From assembly GCA_964582645.1 (NCBI GenBank), contig CAZOTB010000006.1, positions 1,972 to 65,971 on the forward strand: 64,000 nt of DNA. Direction: 5' to 3'. The notes under the pieces are model-generated. The model did not search any database, was not told the DNA's origin, and was given only the letters and a program-made list of their open reading frames with translations. Shown here in pieces: positions 8,784-17,610 of the stretch. The stretch's first letter is position 1, and the number at the start of each line of letters is the position of its first letter. A program made the position numbers and the translations under genes. Source of the DNA: an uncultured Verrucomicrobiota bacterium (GTDB taxonomy: Bacteria; Verrucomicrobiota; Verrucomicrobiia; Palsa-1439; CAZOTB01).

Positions 8784-9821
8784 ATGAGCGGGCAGAAGCA
8801 TGTCGAAATCCGTGAGTACCTGTTGAGCCGCATCCGCCGCGGATTGCTCCGGCCGGGGGACAAGGCACCGTCGGAATACGAGCTCGCGCGGCGATTCAAC
8901 GTCAACAAGACCACCGCGAACAAGGCTGTGGCGATGCTCGTCTCGGAAGGATTCCTCGAACGGCGCAAAGGCGCGGGCACGTTTGTCGTCAATGAATTCG
9001 CCACCGTCACTCCCGCGATTGGCATCTACACGAACCTCAAGTCGGGGTCGTACTTCCCGCAGTTGCTGATCGGAGTCGAAGAGGAAGCGTACGCGCGCGG
9101 GTACAGTGTCACGTTCTTGCAATTTCCCGGCTGGGGCGCCGAGTTCGATGCGGACCGATTCTGGAAATACGTCGCCTCCACCGGCATCAAGGGACTGATC
9201 ATCAACCGCCCGTTCCAGAAACCGCTGACGAACATCCCGACACTCTTCCTCGACACCGCGGCGCCTGCCGCCGATGTGGATCAGGTGCAGGTGGACAACG
9301 AAGAAGGCGGGCGATTGCTCGCGAAGCATTTCCTCGACATGGGACACAAGCACGTCGCGTTTGTCTCCCAGGATCCGTCGCGCGAGGATCTCGTCGCGCG
9401 AGCGCGCGGTTTTCTTGGCGCATTCGAGAAGCGCGGACTCGGCAAGCGATCGCACGATTTGCATTCCTTCTCACCCGCACAACACAACCTGCCCACCGTG
9501 TTGCGTCGGCTGCTCCTGACCAATGCGGAACTCACGGGGATCGGGTTCGACTCCGACCACGTGGCGCATCGGGCGATCGAGATTCTGCAAAAGCTGCCAA
9601 AGGCAAAGTGCGAGCAGATCTCCGTGGCGGGCTTCGGCAACGTCGCGCCCACGGGATTCCCGTACAAGCTAACGAGCATCGAGCAACACCCGCTCACGCT
9701 CGGCCATCTCGCCGCCAGCACGCTCATTGACCGTATCGAGGGACGAACGAAACATCCCGCCAGAGTTCTTGCGCCCGTCGAGTTGTTCCCGGGCGACACC
9801 GTCCGGCGCATCAACGCATGA
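8784..9821 (+). CDS. GntR-HTH / LacI-type sugar-binding transcriptional regulator
   Basis: EYELARRFNVNKTTANKAVAMLVSEGFL HTH followed by a PBP-like domain. It sits directly upstream of the PhyH-DapA-UroD operon. Start placed at MSGQKHVEIREYLL. Confidence 0.85.
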   Translation: MSGQKHVEIREYLLSRIRRGLLRPGDKAPSEYELARRFNVNKTTANKAVAMLVSEGFLERRKGAGTFVVNEFATVTPAIGIYTNLKSGSYFPQLLIGVEEEAYARGYSVTFLQFPGWGAEFDADRFWKYVASTGIKGLIINRPFQKPLTNIPTLFLDTAAPAADVDQVQVDNEEGGRLLAKHFLDMGHKHVAFVSQDPSREDLVARARGFLGAFEKRGLGKRSHDLHSFSPAQHNLPTVLRRLLLTNAELTGIGFDSDHVAHRAIEILQKLPKAKCEQISVAGFGNVAPTGFPYKLTSIEQHPLTLGHLAASTLIDRIEGRTKHPARVLAPVELFPGDTVRRINA

Positions 9822-9906
9822 CCCGCGCGGGGTGAATGAGTCGGAGCCGTCGGCTCAGACAGGATTTGCTTCTGCATCGGCTGCCACCCCGTGTAGGTTT
9901 TGCCGA

Positions 9907-10692
9907 ATGAACTGGGTCCATCCTGAGTTTCGCTACGGTGATGTCGAACATGACCAGTATCGGGAGCTTGGCTACAGCATCTTTCCGCGCTTCCTCTCGA
10001 CGCAAGCGGTGGCGCATGCGCGCAGCCACATGGATCGCATGCTCGGTCAACTCCAGCCCGGCAGGTTGTCCGATGAGATCTATTCGGCACACCAACAAGA
10101 GCCGTGGATCTTCGACCTCGCGACGCAGCCGTCCATCCTCGACATGATCGAACGACAGATCGGCCCGAACATCGTCCTCTGGTCGTCGCACCTGATCTGC
10201 AAACCGCCGCGCACGGGTCGCGCGATTCCGTGGCATCAGGATGCGCCGTACTGGAACGTTTCCGGCAACCTCTCGGGCGCGGTCTGGATCGCGTTCGACG
10301 ACATCGGCGCGGACAACGGCGGCATGGCGGTCCTGCCCGGCTGGCACAACAAGGGCACGCTCAAGGTCCGCGAGCGCGGCACGAGCTTCTTCAACGACGA
10401 GATTGATCCCTCCGCATTGCCGCCCAACCCTGATGCCGTGAAAGTGCAGTACGCCTTCCCAGCCGGTGGCGCGGCGACGCATCACGTGATGATGCCGCAC
10501 AACTCGATCCCCAACACCTCCGACCGCTGGCGGCGCGTGCTCGTGCTGCGTTACATGGCCGCCGACGGCGTCATGGGCGACAAGCTGTACGAGGATTACC
10601 GGACCGGCGCGAAGTTTCCGCGCGAGTTTTATCTCGTCCGCGGCCAGGATGTATTGCAACGAAGTCTGAAACGAAAACCGACTTATGACTGA
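9907..10692 (+). CDS. Phytanoyl-CoA dioxygenase (PhyH) family Fe(II)/2-oxoglutarate oxygenase
   Basis: WHQDAPYW (HxD) and a distal HNS histidine, a PhyH-like fold. ATG at 9907. Overlaps the next gene by 8 nt. Confidence 0.85.
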   Translation: MNWVHPEFRYGDVEHDQYRELGYSIFPRFLSTQAVAHARSHMDRMLGQLQPGRLSDEIYSAHQQEPWIFDLATQPSILDMIERQIGPNIVLWSSHLICKPPRTGRAIPWHQDAPYWNVSGNLSGAVWIAFDDIGADNGGMAVLPGWHNKGTLKVRERGTSFFNDEIDPSALPPNPDAVKVQYAFPAGGAATHHVMMPHNSIPNTSDRWRRVLVLRYMAADGVMGDKLYEDYRTGAKFPREFYLVRGQDVLQRSLKRKPTYD

Positions 10693-11620
10693 CAACTTTA
10701 CCGGATTGATTGCCGCGACGTTCACACCCTTCCATGCGGATGGGAGCTTGAATCTCGATGTGATTCCCGGCTACGTGGCGCGACTGCGTTCGCAGCATCT
10801 TGCGGGCGTCTTCGTCTGTGGCACGACCGGCGAGGGAGCTTCGCTGACGACCGACGAACGCACATTGGTCGCGGAACAATGGATGGCCGCGGTCGGGCGC
10901 GAACTGCCGGTGACGGTTCACGTGGGCCAAAATTCGCTTGAGGACGCGAAATCCCTGGCGCGGCATGCGCAGCAGATCGGAGCGAACGCGATCGCGGCCG
11001 TAGCACCCTCGTTCTTCCGGCCCGCGATGTCCGAACTGCTTTCGTTCTGCGCCGAACTGGCCGCCGGCGTGCCCGGCCTGCCGTTCTACTTCTATCACAT
11101 GCCTTCCTTGACAGGCGTCGAGTGCTCCCTGATCGAATTCCTCAAGGCCGCCACGGATCGCATTCCGAACTTCGCGGGCATCAAGTACACGCATGAGGAC
11201 CTTGACGAATTCGAGCGTTGCGTAGCGACCGCCGGTGCCCGCCAGCGGATGCTGTTCGGTCGGGATGAAATGCTCTTGTCGGGACTGGAATGCGGCGCGC
11301 ACGGCGCGGTGGGCAGCGCCTACAACTTCACCGCGCCCATGTTTCATCGTCTGCTCGCGGCCTGGCGCGACGGCGACCTCGCCACGGCAAAGCGGGAACA
11401 ACAACGCGCCGCCGACCTGATCACATTGCTGCGCGGATACGGCCTCATCCCCGCGCAGAAAGCATTGATGAAGCTGCTCGGAGTGGACTGCGGCCCGGCG
11501 CGTTTGCCGCTGCGGAGTCTTCCCGACGACGAATCCGCGCAATTGCGCGAGCAGTTAAGCCGGCTGGGGGTTTTTGATTGGGTCGCGACCCGTGATGACC
11601 TGCCGGCCCCCGCGTCTTGA
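10685..11620 (+). CDS. DapA/NanA-family class I aldolase (dihydrodipicolinate synthase / N-acetylneuraminate lyase family)
   Basis: GTTGE motif and a Schiff-base lysine context GIKYT. In a sialidase context an NanA-like function is plausible but unproven. Confidence 0.85.
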   Translation: MTDNFTGLIAATFTPFHADGSLNLDVIPGYVARLRSQHLAGVFVCGTTGEGASLTTDERTLVAEQWMAAVGRELPVTVHVGQNSLEDAKSLARHAQQIGANAIAAVAPSFFRPAMSELLSFCAELAAGVPGLPFYFYHMPSLTGVECSLIEFLKAATDRIPNFAGIKYTHEDLDEFERCVATAGARQRMLFGRDEMLLSGLECGAHGAVGSAYNFTAPMFHRLLAAWRDGDLATAKREQQRAADLITLLRGYGLIPAQKALMKLLGVDCGPARLPLRSLPDDESAQLREQLSRLGVFDWVATRDDLPAPAS

Positions 11621-11663
11621 TTCGCGGGCGCATCGAGTGCCGCTGCGCACTCGTCAGGGTTGT

Positions 11664-12788
11664 ATGAAGAACGTCCACCTCAAGCGATTGTTGGAACAAC
11701 TGGAGACAGCGATCCAGCCCGCGCGTCAAGCGGAGACGGACCGGCTGTACCAGCGGGCGCTTCGCTCGGAAGATACGGAGCGAATTCCGCTGAGCCTGGC
11801 CTATCCGCTGCCCGTGGACTCGTCGTTCAGTCCCTTTCCCCACCGCGAGTTGTTCGCTGATCCCGAGAAGATGCTGTTCAACGAACTCGTCCACGCCTTC
11901 GAGACCAGCATTCTGCATCACGCGACCGTGCAGGACGATTTGCCGTTCACGATCCGCGCGAACTTCGGCACCGGCGTGATCGCGCCGCTGTTCGGCGCGC
12001 GGGTCGAGCAAGTGGACGACAATCCGCCCTGGGTGCGCTCCTTCGAGAGCCTCGATGCATTCCAGCGCGTGTTCGACTGCGACCCGCTCGACTTCAGCCG
12101 GGGCTGGTGTCCGCGCGTCGTGGAACGCTACGAATTCTACCGCGCCACGCTCGCGGAATATCCGCGGCTCAACCGGGCGGTGTGGCGCGTGTTGCCCGAC
12201 CTGCAAGGGCCGATGGACACAGCGGAGATGTTGCGCGGCAGCGAATGGTATGAGGATTTGGTCGAGCGACCCGCGATGGTGAACAAGTTACTCGCGCTGC
12301 TGGCCCAGGCCCAGGTCGGGTTCGCGCGACGGCTGCAACCGTTGCTCAACGACGGCCCGCCCGGCTTCTGCCATCAGCACGCGAGCGCGTTGGCCGGTAA
12401 CATCCTCATCCGGAACGACTCCGCGATCATGATTTCCCCGGCGATGTACCGGGAACAGATCGCGCCGCACGACGAATGGGTGTTGCGGGAGATGGGCGGC
12501 GGCGGCATCCATTCCTGCGGCAACATCGGCCACCTGGCGGCGGAATATCTGCGACTGCCCTCGCTGCGCGCGCTCGATCTCGGCCAGCCGGAACTGAACG
12601 ATCTCGATTCCCTGTACGCGCTGGCCCGCGCGCGGAAGGTCGCGTTGATCCGGGTGGACGTACCCGAGGACGAACTCGTGTCGGGCCGCGTCCGCGAACG
12701 TTTTCCCACCGGCGTAACGCTGCGACACCGATCAGCGTCGCTGGCGGCGGCGGCGCAACTCATGGCCCGCTACCGGGGCGCATCATGA
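11664..12788 (+). CDS. Uroporphyrinogen-decarboxylase (URO-D) fold protein, MtaA/CmuA-like
   Basis: URO-D-like length with an H-S-C-G zinc-type motif (GGGGIHSCGNIGH). Its stop overlaps the start of the next gene (ATGA). Confidence 0.7.
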   Translation: MKNVHLKRLLEQLETAIQPARQAETDRLYQRALRSEDTERIPLSLAYPLPVDSSFSPFPHRELFADPEKMLFNELVHAFETSILHHATVQDDLPFTIRANFGTGVIAPLFGARVEQVDDNPPWVRSFESLDAFQRVFDCDPLDFSRGWCPRVVERYEFYRATLAEYPRLNRAVWRVLPDLQGPMDTAEMLRGSEWYEDLVERPAMVNKLLALLAQAQVGFARRLQPLLNDGPPGFCHQHASALAGNILIRNDSAIMISPAMYREQIAPHDEWVLREMGGGGIHSCGNIGHLAAEYLRLPSLRALDLGQPELNDLDSLYALARARKVALIRVDVPEDELVSGRVRERFPTGVTLRHRSASLAAAAQLMARYRGAS

Positions 12789-13780
12789 CCGCGCGCGCAT
12801 TGGCTTTGGAGGCGCTGGCGCACCGCGTGCCACCGCGAATCCCTTGGACACTCTACGTGGCCAAGCCGCTCGCGGCGAAGTTGGAGAAACTCTGGGGCGC
12901 GCGGGAAAACTGGCCGTGTCCGGCGGACGATCTCGTCCGCATTCTCTGGGATGTCGAGACCGAGGAGGTCGGCCCGGCCTTGTTCCGGGATCGGTTCGGC
13001 TGCGAATGGAAACGGGAGCCGGGCGGTTACGTGTTCGTCAACCCGCCACTGACCGAGCCGGACGCGCGCCTGATCCCGCGCATCGAGTTGATCACCGACG
13101 ACGACGTGCGCCTGATCTGCACCACCCGGCAACGCCACCCCGACCGGTTCATCTTCTACCAGTTCACCGCGACGCTGGGCGAACGGTTGTGGAACTTGCG
13201 CGGCATGGAACAGACGCTGATGGATTACCTGAGCGAACCGAATTTCGTCCACGCCGCGCTCGATTTGTTGCTGGAACTGCACCTCACGGCACTGGAGAAA
13301 CTGCTGCCGTTGCCGGTGGACGGCGTCACGTTCGGCGATGACTACGGCGCGCAGCGCGGCTTGATGATCAGCCGGGAAGTGTTTCGGAAGTTCTACAAGC
13401 CGCGGTTGGCGAAGTTGTACGAGAAAGTGCGCGCCGCCGGCAAGATCGTCGGCCATCACTCCTGCGGGGACAATACGCCCATCCTGCGCGACTTCGTGGA
13501 CATTGGGTTGCAGATGTTTCATCCGCTCCAGCCGGAAGCGATGGACATCCGGCAGGTGAAACGCGAATTCGGCCAGCACCTCACCTTCCGCGGCGGCATC
13601 GGCACGCAACGGGCGATTGTGTTCGGCACGCCCGCCCAAGCGCGGGCCGAAGTGCTCGAGGCCGTCCGCATTCTGTCCGCAGGCGGGGGCTATTTCCTCG
13701 AAACCGCCAAGCCGTTGCCGGAAGAAACACCCGTGGAAAACGCGGTGGCGGTAATCGAGGCGATGGTGGCCGCGAGATAG
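12785..13780 (+). CDS. Uroporphyrinogen-decarboxylase (URO-D) fold protein, second paralog
   Basis: GKIVGHHSCGDNTPIL motif. Translationally coupled to the preceding gene. Confidence 0.7.
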   Translation: MTARALALEALAHRVPPRIPWTLYVAKPLAAKLEKLWGARENWPCPADDLVRILWDVETEEVGPALFRDRFGCEWKREPGGYVFVNPPLTEPDARLIPRIELITDDDVRLICTTRQRHPDRFIFYQFTATLGERLWNLRGMEQTLMDYLSEPNFVHAALDLLLELHLTALEKLLPLPVDGVTFGDDYGAQRGLMISREVFRKFYKPRLAKLYEKVRAAGKIVGHHSCGDNTPILRDFVDIGLQMFHPLQPEAMDIRQVKREFGQHLTFRGGIGTQRAIVFGTPAQARAEVLEAVRILSAGGGYFLETAKPLPEETPVENAVAVIEAMVAAR

Positions 13781-13790
13781 GCTCGCCCTG

Positions 13791-14582
13791 TCAGCCCAGT
13801 TCGGCCTCGAACGCCGCGACTTCCGGGAAGCGCGTTCGCCCGCGCACCAATCGACCGAGGCGTGGCTTGCGATGGTTGTACACTTCGACCGCGTCCGCGT
13901 CGGCGTAGCGGAGGAACAGGATGCGCCGGTCGCGGTCCTTCGACCGGTTGCCTTCGGACTTGTGCAGCATCCAGCAGTTGAAGATCAGGCACTCGCCCGC
14001 TTGCAACGGCGCGGGGACAGCTTTTGATTCATCGGCCTCGACCACAACTTCCACACCGGCTTTCTTCTGCTCGGGCGTCATCTGGTTGCGAACGTTGATC
14101 TGGCCCTGGCGATGGCTGCCGGGGATGATCCAGAGACAGCCGTTCTCAACGTCGGCATCGTCGAGCGCGGTCAGGCAGGTAATCGCATTGTAGGGATCGA
14201 GTTCGCCGTAGCCGTTGTCCTGATGCCAGCCGAACGGTTTGGTGTTGCCGCGCATCTTGAAGGTGAGCTGCGAAGTCGCGCCCTTGATGTTCGGGCCGAT
14301 GATTTGTTCGGCCACGTCCACGAGCGGGCCGCGGAAGTAATAATCGCGAATGACCGGCGCCTTGTGATGAATGTTCTGGAGCAGCGCGTTTTGCAGCCAG
14401 GTCTTGGTCGGATCGAACGGCCCTTTCTCCGCTTCCCACGCACGCATCGCCTGCTCGCGCATCAGCGTCAGCCCACGGTTGGTCAACGTGCGACCCAGGA
14501 GCAGATAGCCGTCGTCCTGGTATTGCGCCAGGTTGGTCGCGGTGAGCTTCCGGTATTGAAACAGTTCGTTCAGTGGATTCAT
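13791..14582 (-). CDS. Phytanoyl-CoA dioxygenase (PhyH) family oxygenase
   Basis: WHQDNGY HxD motif and a PhyH-like length. Convergent with the plus-strand operon. Confidence 0.85.
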   Translation of the reverse strand: MNPLNELFQYRKLTATNLAQYQDDGYLLLGRTLTNRGLTLMREQAMRAWEAEKGPFDPTKTWLQNALLQNIHHKAPVIRDYYFRGPLVDVAEQIIGPNIKGATSQLTFKMRGNTKPFGWHQDNGYGELDPYNAITCLTALDDADVENGCLWIIPGSHRQGQINVRNQMTPEQKKAGVEVVVEADESKAVPAPLQAGECLIFNCWMLHKSEGNRSKDRDRRILFLRYADADAVEVYNHRKPRLGRLVRGRTRFPEVAAFEAELG

Positions 14583-14615
14583 GGCGTCACTCTGGTCGTC
14601 GAGGTGGTCAACCTT

Positions 14616-16859
14616 TCATGGTCGGAGCCGGATGGTTTGTCTCCGTTTCAAGGAGAGCGTGATGATCTTGTGTCGCCACGGGCTTTTGACGCGCGCCGTG
14701 CCGCCGAGTTCGCTGTGGATGATGATCTCCACCGTCCGACCTTTGCGCCGGCGGGCCGAAACCAGAAACGCCCCGGCTGCTCGCAATTTCGCGAACGACA
14801 CATCTTTCCAGTCGCGTGGCACAGCGGGAAAGACACGGATCATACCGTTGTGGCTTTGCAGCAGCATTTCCAGCAGGGCGGCGCTGAAACCGGAGTTGGT
14901 CTCGTTGGTGAAGATTTTCGCCGCGGCCATGCCGCGACCGGTGCCCCGGAAATCAAAGTTCCAGTTGAACCCGCCCGTCGCCGACGTGTACACGTCCATG
15001 AATTCGCGCAACAAGTCCCGCGCTTGGTCGCCCCGGCCCACCCGCGCGCACGCGGCGGCGACCCAGACGGGTGAGAATCCGCCCCACAGCCAGCGGCCTT
15101 TCTCGATGAACCGGTCAAGCGACCGTTCCGCCGGCGGGCCGGTCAGGTCGGCACACGGATACACAGGAGTCAACACGCCCGGATGCCGGTGCGAATACAG
15201 AAACTCCTTGCTCTCCATTTCGATCAAATGACCCCGACGCATTGGGTAGGGGGGTAGATGGGCGAGTCGTTCCCGACATTGTCTCGCCAGGTCGGCATCG
15301 CACCCTAGCGTGTCGCAGCTTTCCATGACCGCGCGGAAGAGCAACCGGATCAGCGCGAGGTCCATCGCGGGGTTCTTGCCCCACGCTTCGTAGCTCCCCT
15401 CGCCCGCTTCCGGGGTGTTCGACGGCCAGATGTCGTATTGGCCACGCCGGTTCTTCGTCAGGAAATCCAAGTAGAACGCGGCGCACTCTTTCAGGAACGG
15501 ATACGCCACCTCGCGCAGAAACCTTTTGTCGCGCGAATACTGGTAATGCGTCCAGAAATTCTGCGCCACAAACGCCGCGTGACCGGCCCAGTGGAGCGTC
15601 GTCACGTAACCGCGCGGTGCGAGGCCCGCATGCGGCGACGCGCAACAGGAGAACTGCACCCCGCGACAGCCCCAGTACTCCCGCGTGAACCGCCGGCTTT
15701 CCACCAGCCAGCCCCGGACCGTGTCATAGTACGGCCAACCCAGTTCCAGGTGGTTGCTGGCGTAGATCGGCCAGTAGTTCATCTGGATGTTCAGGTCGTT
15801 GGTGTAATCGTTCCAGCTCTTTCCCTCCGGCTCCATCCGCCACAACCCTTGCAGCCCGGGCATCAGGCAGCCGCGCCGGGAGGAACTCCCGAGCAGGTAC
15901 AGGCCGAAATGATATTGGCGCAGGAGGTTCGTGTCGGGAATCTGCACACGCGACGCGTTCCAGAACATCGTCCACCAGCGCCGATGCGTGGTGTGAATGC
16001 GCCCGAACCCCGCGGCGGCTGCCGCCCAGACGCGCCGGCAGGCTTCCGTTTTGGCCGCCGGTGTATCGCGGTGGGACACCAATGCCAGATAGATCACGAA
16101 CTCCGCGCGGCTCTCCGCCGTCAGCGTGATGCGCTGCGCGCTCGCGGCGACCTGCGACCCCCGCGCCGCGCCCTGCGCCAGGACCGCGATTGTATAGTCC
16201 TCGTTGTGCCAGCCGCGCACGCGATGCCAGAGAATCCCGCCGGTGCAACCGGCGGCCACGGTCGCTTTGGGGTCCTGCGGCTGGTTCTCCAGCGTCAGGT
16301 CCATCCCGAACGTCATCGGCCGGGGCGGGTTGCCGCGCCGCCAGTCCATCTGATGGCGGACGCGGATCGCCAGCACCTGATGCTCGACGCTGACCAGCGC
16401 TTCGATCAGTTGGCGGCGGACGCGCGTCTGGAACGACGTGGCAACCAGCGCCCGTTGCATGTCGAGCCGGTAGCCAAAGTCCAGCAACTCGATCTCATGC
16501 TCGAACCGGCTGGTGTCGAGCACCAGCGCGCCCGCCGGCAACAGACAGAATTTGCCGCGCCATTTCCGGGTGGCTTCCGCAAACGCCAGCTCAATGCGCT
16601 CCCATTGCTCGCGTTCGATCCACTGGCGCACCGTGGCGAACCGCTCGGCGACGCGGAAGGAGCGCCGTCGGCCCGTACCGTCGTCGCAGCGTTCGTCCCA
16701 GACGTTGGATTTCGCGAGGCGGAACGTGGTTCGCTTGTGGTACGGGATCACCAGCGCGCCGAGGTCGCCGTTGCCAAGTGGCACGCCGTCCGGGATCTCG
16801 CAGCAGAAATTGTGGTGCGCGAAGTTCCAGGCGTCAGATTGGATGGTGTTCACGGTCAA
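14616..16859 (-). CDS. Glycoside hydrolase family 95-like (alpha-L-fucosidase-type, six-hairpin) protein
   Basis: 747 aa with an NDLNIQMNYWP motif resembling the GH95 catalytic N-x-N region. Confidence 0.65.
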   Translation of the reverse strand: MTVNTIQSDAWNFAHHNFCCEIPDGVPLGNGDLGALVIPYHKRTTFRLAKSNVWDERCDDGTGRRRSFRVAERFATVRQWIEREQWERIELAFAEATRKWRGKFCLLPAGALVLDTSRFEHEIELLDFGYRLDMQRALVATSFQTRVRRQLIEALVSVEHQVLAIRVRHQMDWRRGNPPRPMTFGMDLTLENQPQDPKATVAAGCTGGILWHRVRGWHNEDYTIAVLAQGAARGSQVAASAQRITLTAESRAEFVIYLALVSHRDTPAAKTEACRRVWAAAAAGFGRIHTTHRRWWTMFWNASRVQIPDTNLLRQYHFGLYLLGSSSRRGCLMPGLQGLWRMEPEGKSWNDYTNDLNIQMNYWPIYASNHLELGWPYYDTVRGWLVESRRFTREYWGCRGVQFSCCASPHAGLAPRGYVTTLHWAGHAAFVAQNFWTHYQYSRDKRFLREVAYPFLKECAAFYLDFLTKNRRGQYDIWPSNTPEAGEGSYEAWGKNPAMDLALIRLLFRAVMESCDTLGCDADLARQCRERLAHLPPYPMRRGHLIEMESKEFLYSHRHPGVLTPVYPCADLTGPPAERSLDRFIEKGRWLWGGFSPVWVAAACARVGRGDQARDLLREFMDVYTSATGGFNWNFDFRGTGRGMAAAKIFTNETNSGFSAALLEMLLQSHNGMIRVFPAVPRDWKDVSFAKLRAAGAFLVSARRRKGRTVEIIIHSELGGTARVKSPWRHKIITLSLKRRQTIRLRP

Positions 16860-17530
16860 AACTTGCGGGCGGCGCGGTCAATCCGCACCTCGTCGATCAG
16901 ACCTTCAAAGTCGCCATCGTGCGCCCGGTCGCCGATGCGCAGCGTGCGGTAGGGATTCGTGATGTCGAGCAACTCCTTCGTTGATACCGGCGTGCCCGCA
17001 ACGCCATCCACCACGAGCATCGCATTCGCTTTACGCTCGGCCACGAGCACAATGTGATGCCACTGACCGTCGGTGACCGTCGTCGGATGGGCGATGATGA
17101 TTCGGTGCTGGCCGTCGGCGATGACCGCCACGACCCTGCCAGCATCCAGCACGATCATCCAACCCGGCTCGACCTCGTCGCCCCGGCACTTTTTGTTGAT
17201 CAGATGCGCCCACCGGTTCGTCGTGGTGGTACGCATCCACAACTCGACGGTAAAATCGGTGGTTTCCCCAAAATCAAGGTCGGGTCGCTCGCCGCGTTCG
17301 CCGCCGCAGTCCACGAAATCATCGTCGCCGTCGAACTGCAGCGCCTGGCCGACCTTGCCGGGCATCAGTTTCGCGCCCGTGATCTGGCCGTGGTTGTTGC
17401 GCCCGCTCGTATCGCGCGCGACGCGGTTCGTGGCTTCGTCGAAATGCAGGAGCAGGATCGGGGCGTCCTCCGCGCAGGCGAGGGTTGTAGCGAGCAAAAG
17501 CAGCGTGAAGGCAAAAAAGGGGACATTCAT
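16856..17530 (-). CDS. Secreted LamG/concanavalin-A-like lectin domain protein
   Basis: Signal peptide MNVPFFAFTLLLLATTLACA and a Laminin_G_3-like body. The stop overlaps the GH95 start (ATGA). Start chosen at 17530 rather than the track's 17614. Confidence 0.7.
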   Translation of the reverse strand: MNVPFFAFTLLLLATTLACAEDAPILLLHFDEATNRVARDTSGRNNHGQITGAKLMPGKVGQALQFDGDDDFVDCGGERGERPDLDFGETTDFTVELWMRTTTTNRWAHLINKKCRGDEVEPGWMIVLDAGRVVAVIADGQHRIIIAHPTTVTDGQWHHIVLVAERKANAMLVVDGVAGTPVSTKELLDITNPYRTLRIGDRAHDGDFEGLIDEVRIDRAARKF

Positions 17531-17605
17531 AATTTTCGCCGCCAAAGATGGTTCTCTTTCGATTCGCGCATCGATGGCGAAAATTATGAATGTCCCCTTT
17601 TTTGC
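17511..17605. repeat. 30-bp perfect inverted repeat with a 35-nt spacer (17511..17540 / 17576..17605)
   Basis: gcaaaaaaggggacattcataattttcgcc and its exact reverse complement. The left arm contains the LamG start codon, and the structure lies 6 bp downstream of the DUF4838-like gene stop. Confidence 0.9.
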
Positions 17606-17610
17606 CTGGT

